A stretch of DNA of 64,000 nt from Nitrospirota bacterium. GTDB lineage: Bacteria > Nitrospirota > Thermodesulfovibrionia > Thermodesulfovibrionales > JdFR-85. This document shows positions 46,069-54,411 of this stretch, piece by piece. The stretch is taken from the NCBI GenBank assembly GCA_011051565.1, contig DRKX01000080.1, positions 17,637 through 81,636 of the forward strand, given 5' to 3'. Each line of letters starts with the position of its first letter. Positions within the stretch are counted from its first letter, which is position 1. Made by a program: the position numbers and the translations under genes. Below the pieces are notes generated by a model, which saw only the letters and a program-made list of their open reading frames with translations, did not search any database and was not told where the DNA came from.

Positions 46069-47511
46069 ATGCCGGAAGGACTGAGAAGGATAGACGAGAC
46101 CCGCATCGAGGTCCCGAAGGGATACACCGAGGGGATGCACGTTGGAGGGATAATCTATGTCGATGTGGAACTCGAGGCGTTTCTCGAAGAGGGGGCAGTG
46201 AGGCAGGTCGCAAATGTGGCCACCCTGCCCGGCATAGTGAAGAGATCCCTCGCAATGCCGGACATACACACGGGCTACGGCTTTGCAATCGGCGGGGTGG
46301 CGGCCTTTGACACAGATGGGGGGATCATATCGCCGGGCGGTGTGGGCTATGACATAAACTGCGGAGTCCGCCTGCTCAGGAGCGACCTCACGCGTGCTGA
46401 GGTCCTGCCGAGGATGAGGGACATAGTGGCGAGGCTCTACAACGAGGTACCCTCAGGTGTCGGCTCTAAGGGCAAGCTCAGGCTTACGAGAGAGGACGAG
46501 AGGTTGATCCTGCTGAAGGGTGCCCGCTGGGCGGTGGAGCAGGGCTACGGCACCTCTGAGGACATCGAGAGGACCGAATCCGGCGGAACCATGGATGGCG
46601 CCGACCCCTCACTGGTGAGCGACAGGGCCTTCGAGCGCGGCAGGGCACAACAGGGCACCCTCGGTTCCGGCAATCACTTCCTCGAGATCCAGTATGTCGC
46701 TGAGATATACGACGAGAAGGCAGCCGGCATACTCGGGCTCTTCCCCGACCAGTTAACGGTGATGATCCACTCCGGCTCCCGGGGACTCGGACATCAGGTC
46801 TGTACCGACTACCTCGAGGTCATGGAGAGGGCCGCCGGGAAGTACGGAATCACGCTGCCGGACAAGGAGCTGGCGTGCGCGCCGTTGAGCAGTCCGGAGG
46901 GCAGGGACTACTTTTCGGCGATGAAGGCCGCGGCCAACTATGCATGGGCGAACAGGCAGTGCATAATGCACTGGACCATTGAGGCGATAGCGAAGGTATT
47001 GCACGCGTCACCCGAAGAGCTCGGGCTGAGGCTCGTCTACGATGTCGCCCACAACATTGCAAAGATCGAGGAACATGTGGTGGACGGCGACAAGAAGAGG
47101 CTCATCGTCCACAGAAAGGGGGCCACTCGGGCCTTCGCACCCGGACATCCCGAGCTTCCGGATGTCTACAGGGAACTGGGACAGCCCGTGCTGATCCCCG
47201 GCGACATGGGAAGGGCCTCTTTCGTCCTGACCGGCACTGCAAAGGCGATGGAAGAGACCTTCGGCTCCACGTGCCACGGCGCTGGAAGGGTGATGTCGCG
47301 GCATCAGGCGATAAGACAGGCAAAGGGCCGTGCCATTTGGCGGGAGATGGAGGATGCGGGGATAATCGTCATGAGCGCAGGGAAACGCACCCTTGCCGAA
47401 GAGATGTCAGAGGCGTACAAGGATGTATCAAACGTGGTGGACGTGGTGCACAGGGCCGGCATATCGAAGAAGGTGGCGAAACTGCGACCGCTCGGCGTGA
47501 TCAAGGGGTAG
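46069..47511 (+). CDS. rtcB: RNA 3'-phosphate/2',3'-cyclic phosphate ligase RtcB
   Basis: 480 aa with MPDIHTGYGFAIGGV, GYDINCGVR, GSGNHFLE, HSGSRGLGHQV and CHGAGR motifs. Confidence 0.95.
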   Translation: MPEGLRRIDETRIEVPKGYTEGMHVGGIIYVDVELEAFLEEGAVRQVANVATLPGIVKRSLAMPDIHTGYGFAIGGVAAFDTDGGIISPGGVGYDINCGVRLLRSDLTRAEVLPRMRDIVARLYNEVPSGVGSKGKLRLTREDERLILLKGARWAVEQGYGTSEDIERTESGGTMDGADPSLVSDRAFERGRAQQGTLGSGNHFLEIQYVAEIYDEKAAGILGLFPDQLTVMIHSGSRGLGHQVCTDYLEVMERAAGKYGITLPDKELACAPLSSPEGRDYFSAMKAAANYAWANRQCIMHWTIEAIAKVLHASPEELGLRLVYDVAHNIAKIEEHVVDGDKKRLIVHRKGATRAFAPGHPELPDVYRELGQPVLIPGDMGRASFVLTGTAKAMEETFGSTCHGAGRVMSRHQAIRQAKGRAIWREMEDAGIIVMSAGKRTLAEEMSEAYKDVSNVVDVVHRAGISKKVAKLRPLGVIKG

Positions 47512-47561
47512 GCCGAACGCTGATTTGACAATAAAAGTCCCGTTAGGATATGATAATATCC

Positions 47562-47638
<77 letters not shown>

Positions 47639-48210
47639 AGAAGTCAGCCCCCACCCTCACAGCAGTGTCACCCTTCAATGATCGATCAAGGTCCCGCGCC
47701 CTTTCAATAAATTCCTGCGGCTCTCTCTTCGAGACCCCCCATGGTTTAAAAGCAGGCAGTGTCTCTATATAATGGCATGCCTCGGGACCTGACACAGGAG
47801 CAAAGCACGTGAAGCGCCGACGTGCCGATTTAAAACAAGGCGAGAATCCGGCAGGCCTCGTGTGCATACTTCTGCTGGATGCTTTCCGTATGTGGTGTCA
47901 GCGGCGGCGCGGCCGTTGCCTCCGTCAATTAAGTGATTCTTTAAGGAACTGACAATGCGGAAACATCAAGGAAGATGGCGTGGTCATTCATGGAGGAATC
48001 GACTGAAGTAGAGGGGGGTTACACTGTCTGATCTCTGGTACGAAAAGGCAGAGGAGATGCTTTCAGGCCCTTGAGATCGGGCTGTACGGGGACATCGAGT
48101 TACCGTGCGGCAATTCGTTATGAGAGACGATAGTCTTATTTTCGGGTAGATTTTTCAAATTAGGCATCGATTACATTTGGGATGGATTTTTGATGAGGCA
48201 ATTCGGAAAG

Positions 48211-48239
48211 TTGACAAAAGCGGGGTGGGCGGTTACAAT
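48211..48239 (+). promoter_or_regulatory. Near-consensus sigma70 promoter upstream of hflK
   Basis: TTGACA, then 17 nt, then TACAAT, preceded by an AT-rich UP-like tract. The implied leader before the hflK ATG is about 225 nt. Confidence 0.6.
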
Positions 48240-48470
48240 GGAGTGGTACGAACGCATCCCGTAACAAGGGTAGTTTCGACATGGAACACCCTTTCTCCTT
48301 CAGGAGGGAAGAGCGGCAGGCTCCACTCACTTCTCACTTCCGAGATTGAAAGCTCATTAACCGACAAACAGCCGGATACGGCGACGAGTGCCCCGAGCAC
48401 AGTGAGACGAAACGGCAGTGCCGTGGTGTCGCTGTACTCGGAGGCAGACTCAACAGACAGGGGGTAATGC

Positions 48471-49454
48471 ATGAAAGAGAAAGTACCGTTTGAACTGAAA
48501 GACTTGAAACCGCCGAAAGTCAACCTCAAGACAGCCGCCGGAGCCGCGGCCGCGATCCTGCTCGGCATCCTTCTCTTCTCTTCCTACTTCACTGTGGACA
48601 CGGAAGAGGTCGGCGTCGTCCTCAGGTTCGGAAAGTTCGTCCGCACGGTCGACCCGGGGTTGAAATTCAAACTCCCCTTCGGGATCGAGAAGGTGTACAA
48701 GGTGCCGGTGGAGCGGCAGTTGAAGCTCGAGTTCGGCTTCAGGACGGCTGAACCGGGCATCAGGACCGAGTACTCCTCCAGGAAATACCAGGAGGAGTCC
48801 CTGATGTTGACGGGCGACCTCAACGCAGCAGAGGTGGAATGGATCGTACAGTACCGGATCAAGGACCCCTACAAGTTCCTGTTCCGCGTGAGGAACGCGG
48901 TGGGGACGTTCCGCGACATCAACGAGGCCGTAATGCGCGAGGTCGTCGGTGACCGCACCGTGGACGAGGTACTGACCGTGGGGAGACAGGAGATCGCTAG
49001 CACCGTGGCCATGAAGGTCCAGAAACTGTGCGACCAGTACGAGACGGGGATAAAGGTGGAACAGGTCGTACTACAGGACGTCAACCCTCCGGAACCCGTA
49101 AAACCGGCCTTCAACGAGGTCAACGAGGCCCAGCAGGAGCGCGAGAAACTGATCAATCAGGCCCTCTCAGAATACAACAAGGTGATCCCGAGGGCGCGGG
49201 GCGAGGCGGAGAGGACCATCGAGAAGGCGAGGGGATACGCACTCGAGCGGGTGAACAACGCGCGCGGTGAGGCGTCGAAGTTCAACGCCGTCTTCAAGGA
49301 ATACATGAAGGCGAAGGAGGTGACGCGCCAGCGCATATACCTGGAGACGATGAACGACGTCATGAAGCAGGTGGGAAGGAAACTGATAACCGATGAGGAA
49401 GCCACGGGGATACTGCCCCTGTTCCAGATTGAGAAGGGAGGCGCCGAGAAATGA
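48471..49454 (+). CDS. hflK: FtsH protease modulator HflK
   Basis: An N-terminal TM is followed by an SPFH domain and a C-terminal coiled coil. It is coupled to hflC by a 4-nt overlap. Confidence 0.9.
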   Translation: MKEKVPFELKDLKPPKVNLKTAAGAAAAILLGILLFSSYFTVDTEEVGVVLRFGKFVRTVDPGLKFKLPFGIEKVYKVPVERQLKLEFGFRTAEPGIRTEYSSRKYQEESLMLTGDLNAAEVEWIVQYRIKDPYKFLFRVRNAVGTFRDINEAVMREVVGDRTVDEVLTVGRQEIASTVAMKVQKLCDQYETGIKVEQVVLQDVNPPEPVKPAFNEVNEAQQEREKLINQALSEYNKVIPRARGEAERTIEKARGYALERVNNARGEASKFNAVFKEYMKAKEVTRQRIYLETMNDVMKQVGRKLITDEEATGILPLFQIEKGGAEK

Positions 49455-50404
49455 ACAGAGCCAGATATACAGTGATCGCGGCCGTTGCGGCCCTTGCGTT
49501 GATCGTAGCGGCCTCCTCGGCCTTCATCGTGAACGAGACGGAGCAGGTCATAATCACACAGTTCGGCAAACCAGTGAAGGAGCCGATCGTGACACCCGGG
49601 GTTCACTTCAAGATACCCATCATACAGCAGGCCAACTTCTTCGACAGGCGGTTCCTCGAGTGGGACGGAAACCCAAACCAGGTGCCGACAAAGGACAAGA
49701 GGTTCATTTGGGTCGACACCTATGCAAGGTGGAGGATAAAAGACCCCCTGCTCTTCTTCCAGCGCGTGAGGGACGAGCGGGGAGCACAGTCCCGCCTCGA
49801 CGACATCCTCGACGGTGAGACGAGGAACGCCATCGCCAAGCACGTCCTCGTCGAGATAATCCGTACGACCAACCGCGAGTACCAGACAAGCGAGGCCCTG
49901 CTCGCCGGGGAGGCGGCCAAGAGCCTGGCGAAGATCAAGTACGGAAGGGAGAAGATCGCACGATCAATCGTCGATGCGGCCTCGGCCCGCACTCTCGAAC
50001 TCGGGATCGAACTGCTCGACCTCAGGTTCAAGCGGATCAACTACGTCGAGGAGGTGAGGAAGAAGATATTCGAGCGTATGATCACCGAGCGCAAGCGTAT
50101 AGCGGACAAGTTCCGCTCCGAAGGCCAGGGAGAGGCATCCAAGATCCTCGGGAACAAGGAGCGCGACCTGAAGAAGATACAGTCCGAGGCCTACAGGACG
50201 GCGCAGGAGATCATGGGCAAGGCCGATGCAGAGGCAACCACCATCTATGCCGAGGCGTACAACCAGAACCAGGAGTCACGGGACTTCTATGTATTCCTGA
50301 AGACACTCGAGACCTATAAGACGACGCTGTCCGATAAAGACTGGCTGATCCTCTCCACAAAGGGCGACTTCTTCAGATACCTTCAGAGTCAGTCCGGCAA
50401 GTAG
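49451..50404 (+). CDS. hflC: FtsH protease modulator HflC
   Basis: An N-terminal TM is followed by an SPFH domain. The order and sequence are typical of hflKC. Confidence 0.9.
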   Translation: MNRARYTVIAAVAALALIVAASSAFIVNETEQVIITQFGKPVKEPIVTPGVHFKIPIIQQANFFDRRFLEWDGNPNQVPTKDKRFIWVDTYARWRIKDPLLFFQRVRDERGAQSRLDDILDGETRNAIAKHVLVEIIRTTNREYQTSEALLAGEAAKSLAKIKYGREKIARSIVDAASARTLELGIELLDLRFKRINYVEEVRKKIFERMITERKRIADKFRSEGQGEASKILGNKERDLKKIQSEAYRTAQEIMGKADAEATTIYAEAYNQNQESRDFYVFLKTLETYKTTLSDKDWLILSTKGDFFRYLQSQSGK

Positions 50405-50411
50405 ATACGAC

Positions 50412-50441
50412 GGAGGCCGGGATGAACGCCCGGCCTCCTTT
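50412..50441 (+). terminator. Intrinsic terminator after hflC
   Basis: A 10-bp GC stem (GGAGGCCGGG-atgaacg-CCCGGCCTCC) is followed by TTT. Confidence 0.6.
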
Positions 50442-50480
50442 CCCGCTGCGGCCGCCTGGATTCGTGATGCGATCCGGGGC

Positions 50481-50522
50481 TTGACAGAGGCACGCCAAAA
50501 CTGTATAATGATAATCATTATC
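50481..50522 (+). promoter_or_regulatory. Consensus sigma70 promoter overlapped by a Fur box
   Basis: TTGACA (50481-50486), 17 nt, then TATAAT (50504-50509). TATAATGATAATCATTATC at 50504-50522 matches the 19-bp Fur consensus GATAATGATAATCATTATC at 18/19 positions. Confidence 0.75.
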
Positions 50523-50674
50523 ATAGTTTGATGCTCCGGTCCGATCATCTCAAAAACCAGTTTGCCAGTGAAAGAACTCGGGGTTTATTTTCGGCGATAA
50601 GTTGATAACGGTTTTCATTCTCATGGACTGGGTGAAAAGCCCGGGGAAAAACCACACAGAGCAAGGAGGAAAAG

Positions 50675-51964
50675 ATGAGAAGAGTTGTCATGACGAGAGG
50701 AATGGTTGCAGGATTTCTGCTCTTACTCGCCGAGCTGCTACTCCCTGTAATGGCCTCGGGAGCCGAGGACAAGGTCCGGGTACTCGAACGGAAGATACAG
50801 GTCCTGACCGAGGAAGTTCAGAGCCTGAAGGAGAAGCTCGTACTGCCTGAACTCCCGAAGTACGAGGGAGCCTACGGCCTCGGTCCTTCGTCGGCCAAGG
50901 TTTACGGGATAAAGCAGGGCGTGTCCCTCGCAGGATACGGCGAGGCTTATTACCGGAGACTTGTGAGCGACCGCGGCGAGGGTAAAGACACGTCCGACTT
51001 CTACCGGTTTGTCCTCTATGCGGGATACCGGTTCACGGACCGTATACTCTTCAACTCGGAGTTCGAGATCGAACATGCCGCAACCGGCAAGAACTTTCAG
51101 GGAAAGTCAGGCAGCGTGGCCATTGAGTTCGCGTACCTCGACTTCTTTCTCCGCGACGACTTCAACATCCGGGCCGGGCTGGTCCTTGTGCCCATAGGCT
51201 TCGTCAATGAGCTCCACGAGCCCACGACCTTCCACGGCGTATACCGGCCGGAAGTGGAACAGAAGATCATTCCCAGCACCTGGCGTAAAAACGGCGTCGG
51301 CGCCTTCGGCACCATCGGCTCCAGCGTGGATTACCGTATCTACCTGGTCAACGGGTTGAACGGCTATAAGTTTTCGGCAGGAGGAATCCGCGACGGACGC
51401 CAGAAGGGCGGCCGGGTGCTGGCGGAAGACCTCGCCCTGACAGGCCGGCTGGACTGGAGTCCGACGACGGGTCTGCTGCTCGGTGGGGCGTTCTTTGCGG
51501 GCAACTCCGGACAGAACCAGACGTTCAACGGAGAGTCTCTGGACATCTTCACGACACTGATTGAGGCCCATGCGGAGTATCGCCGCAAGGGATTGGCGGT
51601 GCGCCTCCTCGGTGTCAGGGGGAGCATAGGCGACGCAGGAAAGCTCAGCGAAGCCAGGGGAGAGACCATCGGGTCACAAAACTACGGATGGTACATCGAG
51701 ACCGCATACGACGTGCTGCCGCTTTTCCGGCCGGATACGGCCCAGTACCTCGCTCCTTTCATCCGCTACGAGCGCTATGACACCCAATACCGCGTGCCTG
51801 CAGGCTTTACGGCAAGCGGAGAGTACGACACAACCACAACAACCGTCGGAATCACATACAAGCCCATCCCACAGGTGGCGATCAAGGCTGACTACCGCAA
51901 CCTCGACTCTGCATCAGCTCCGAAAGCGGATGAATTCAACGTTGGATTCGCCTATGCCTTCTAA
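50675..51964 (+). CDS. Porin-like outer-membrane beta-barrel protein with N-terminal coiled coil
   Basis: It has a strong SD and a signal peptide ending MASGA-ED. A heptad helix (VRVLERKIQVLTEEVQSLKEKL) is followed by alternating beta-strand patterns. The C-terminus is NVGFAYAF (beta-signal). Confidence 0.7.
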   Translation: MRRVVMTRGMVAGFLLLLAELLLPVMASGAEDKVRVLERKIQVLTEEVQSLKEKLVLPELPKYEGAYGLGPSSAKVYGIKQGVSLAGYGEAYYRRLVSDRGEGKDTSDFYRFVLYAGYRFTDRILFNSEFEIEHAATGKNFQGKSGSVAIEFAYLDFFLRDDFNIRAGLVLVPIGFVNELHEPTTFHGVYRPEVEQKIIPSTWRKNGVGAFGTIGSSVDYRIYLVNGLNGYKFSAGGIRDGRQKGGRVLAEDLALTGRLDWSPTTGLLLGGAFFAGNSGQNQTFNGESLDIFTTLIEAHAEYRRKGLAVRLLGVRGSIGDAGKLSEARGETIGSQNYGWYIETAYDVLPLFRPDTAQYLAPFIRYERYDTQYRVPAGFTASGEYDTTTTTVGITYKPIPQVAIKADYRNLDSASAPKADEFNVGFAYAF

Positions 51965-52544
51965 GAGGCGGCGGCATCGGGTCACTACGGCTGCAAAGGC
52001 GCTCGTATGGATGCTGAGCCTCTCGCTCGTCTCGCTTGCAGCGTTTCTCGACTCCGAGGCGGAAGTGTTCTACAGCAAGGCGGATGCCCTGAAGCTGGCC
52101 TTCCCCGAAGCACAGCGCGTCGAAACACGAGCCCTCTTCCTCTCGGAAGAACAGGCGCGCCGTATCGCTGAACTCGCCCGCGCGCCCATAGACTCCAGGC
52201 TGGCGACGGTCTATGTCGGGATCGGGGCCGGAAACGTGATAGGATACGCATTCCTGGAGCAGCACCTCGTCCGCACAAAACCAGAGACGGTGATGGTGGT
52301 GGTGGAACCTGACGGCAGGGTCGGATCGGTCTATGTGCTTGCCTTCTTCGAGCCGCCCGAGTATCTACCGCCGGAAAGGTGGATCAGGCAGTTCATAGGC
52401 AGGCGGCTTTCACCGGGACTACGCATCGGCAGGGACATCCAAGGCATCACTGGAGCCACACTGAGCACCCGTGCCGTGTTGAGGGCCGTCAGGCGCGCGT
52501 TGGCTATTCACGAGGTCATGCTGCTTGATCGGGAGGAACCGTGA
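51954..52544 (+). CDS. Exported/anchored FMN_bind-domain protein
   Basis: The basic N-terminus plus hydrophobic segment is KALVWMLSLSLVSLAAF. The flavinylation-type motif is DIQGITGATLSTRAV, as in NqrC/RnfG. ATG 51954 overlaps the porin stop by 11 nt. Confidence 0.7.
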   Translation: MPSKRRRHRVTTAAKALVWMLSLSLVSLAAFLDSEAEVFYSKADALKLAFPEAQRVETRALFLSEEQARRIAELARAPIDSRLATVYVGIGAGNVIGYAFLEQHLVRTKPETVMVVVEPDGRVGSVYVLAFFEPPEYLPPERWIRQFIGRRLSPGLRIGRDIQGITGATLSTRAVLRAVRRALAIHEVMLLDREEP

Positions 52545-53047
52545 AGTACATGGTCAACGGAGGATTCAAGGTGAACCCGTTCATGCGTCTGACCCTGTCA
52601 CTGACGCTCGTCTTCTTCGTGGTGTTCTGGACAACCAACTTCCTCCTCTTCTTCCAGAAGACCGGGCTATCATACAAGGCGGTCGTCGACTACTACCTCG
52701 GCTCCGAGTCCGAGTTCACCGCACCCAGGTCATACCAGGGCATGCTGGAGGTGACCCATTTCCACATGCCTATGATGGGAATGGTGATGCTCCTGCTGAC
52801 CCACCTGTTGATGTTTGTGCCCATCAGGAACGGCTGGAGGACGTTCTGGGTGGTGGTCCCGTTCCTCTCGGCCTTCGTCGGTGAGGCCTCCGGCTGGCTC
52901 GTGAGGTTCATCCACCCCGGATTCGCCTACTTGAAGATCGCGGCGTTCTGCACGCTCCAGATATCCTTGGGAGGCGTACTCGTACTGCTGTTCTGGGGCA
53001 TATGGCGCAAGGACTGCAGCCAAACGACAAGTGGTGCCGGCAAATAG
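52541..53047 (+). CDS. Hypothetical 4-TM membrane protein, His/Met-rich helix
   Basis: 168 aa with four hydrophobic helices, one carrying EVTHFHMPMMGMVMLLLTHLLMF. The GTG start overlaps the upstream TGA (GTGA). Confidence 0.55.
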   Translation: MKYMVNGGFKVNPFMRLTLSLTLVFFVVFWTTNFLLFFQKTGLSYKAVVDYYLGSESEFTAPRSYQGMLEVTHFHMPMMGMVMLLLTHLLMFVPIRNGWRTFWVVVPFLSAFVGEASGWLVRFIHPGFAYLKIAAFCTLQISLGGVLVLLFWGIWRKDCSQTTSGAGK

Positions 53048-53051
53048 GGAT

Positions 53052-53101
53052 TGCAGTCCCGGCGGCGGTCGGCCTTAACCGCCGTGCCGTCGGGGACTGC
53101 A
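53052..53101. terminator. Long imperfect hairpin between convergent genes
   Basis: TGCAGTCCC...GGGACTGCA encloses an inner GGCGG/CCGCC stem with no clear U-tract. It may be a bidirectional terminator. Confidence 0.35.
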
Positions 53102-53133
53102 CAATCCAATTGTACGCGAAAGGCCAAATGTGA

Positions 53134-54411
53134 TCAGAGATTCCTTCCAAACTTCAGGGCGTTTATGTTCAGGCTGAGATGCATGTCCTCCTGGACGAAC
53201 TCATGCGTGTTCCTCTGGAACGGCACGAGGACGAGGCGGATGTCCTCGGGCGTTATGGTGATCCCGCCGATAAGCGGCAGGATGTTCTTCTTCGGCACGG
53301 CCATGTTGAACAGGGTGACCTTGAGGCCCTGCAGGGCCTCCTCCGAGGGCAGCGTTGCAGGGAATATCTCCGCCTTGGGCACCCGCTGCCCGGACTCGAC
53401 CGGCAGCTGGGCGTTTGTTGCAGCCCTTGCCGACTTCTGGAAGAGCTGAGGCCTGACCTTGAAGGCAGGGGACCAGAAGTGTATCTCCTGCTCTTCCCAC
53501 TCCCTCTGTATCGCCTTGGGCAGGTTGGCGAACCTGATGAGATCCGCATACGACCTCAGCCTTACGCCGGATATCCCGGCCTTCATCCTCCAAAACGGCA
53601 GGTAGGCCGAAGGGGCATCAGCCGCTGGTACGACGGCGAAGTCGAGGCCCTCCAGTCCGTCCCCAGACACCTTCCATGCCGTATCGCAGTTCCTGCAGAG
53701 ATGCACGAGGCTGTCCTTCCCGCCGTGGAGGTCCCAGCCGCAGCGGGGACACAGGGTCGGGATGAAGGAGAGCCTCCCAGCCTGAAGCCTCTGAAGCGGG
53801 AGGCCCTCTGAATATTCCCCGGGCATGGAGGCCATGCGCCTTCCTGTAACAGCGTCATACAGTGAACCGTCCTCGATGAATACGGGAAGGTATATCAGGC
53901 TCGAGGTCTCGCCTATATACGCCCGGTGATAAACCTTCTCGCTGCTCAGGCCTCCGGCCTTCCGGCCTGCGATGCCCGTCTCTACAGAGAGCAGCCTCTT
54001 CTCGATCCATGAGAAGACGCTGTCAAAGGGACGATGGGGCAGGAAGAGATGCGGCTCCAGCTCGCGGGAGACAAACCTCAGCGGTGCGGCCTGCGGCCTC
54101 ACACCGAGTGAGTGCGGCAGGCCCTTGCAGTCGACTGCAAGTGCGGTGGCGTCCACGATCCTCTGCTCCGTCCTGTCGGCCCTGCAGAGGAAAGTCATGC
54201 CCTTGAACCTCCAGTAAGGGACGAAGACCACATCCTTTACGGACCGGTCCTGCGGGGGGATGTAGTATCTGAATACGTCTCCTGGTGAGATGAAGAGCCT
54301 CACCCTGCAGAACGAACACGTGAAGAGCCTGTCCGTCTCCTCAAGCAGCACAGGGGCGCCGCACTGGGGGCACTGCTGTTCTATCTTCCAGTTATCAGAG
54401 CTTCTGACCAC
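53134..54411 (-). CDS. Hypothetical protein with two copies of a zinc-ribbon + P(Y/F)WR(F/M)K module
   Basis: 425 aa with a GTG start overlapping the upstream gene by 17 nt. Residues 14-70 and 221-277 share CxxC-x14-CxxC-x29-P(Y/F)WR(F/M)K with identical spacing. No TM segment is present. Confidence 0.6.
   Translation of the reverse strand: MVRSSDNWKIEQQCPQCGAPVLLEETDRLFTCSFCRVRLFISPGDVFRYYIPPQDRSVKDVVFVPYWRFKGMTFLCRADRTEQRIVDATALAVDCKGLPHSLGVRPQAAPLRFVSRELEPHLFLPHRPFDSVFSWIEKRLLSVETGIAGRKAGGLSSEKVYHRAYIGETSSLIYLPVFIEDGSLYDAVTGRRMASMPGEYSEGLPLQRLQAGRLSFIPTLCPRCGWDLHGGKDSLVHLCRNCDTAWKVSGDGLEGLDFAVVPAADAPSAYLPFWRMKAGISGVRLRSYADLIRFANLPKAIQREWEEQEIHFWSPAFKVRPQLFQKSARAATNAQLPVESGQRVPKAEIFPATLPSEEALQGLKVTLFNMAVPKKNILPLIGGITITPEDIRLVLVPFQRNTHEFVQEDMHLSLNINALKFGRNL

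Noticed and set aside
48177-48467. 96-aa plus-strand ORF in the hflK upstream region
   Set aside because: It starts upstream of, and runs through, the near-consensus promoter. It has no SD and an odd composition. I treat the region as a non-coding leader.
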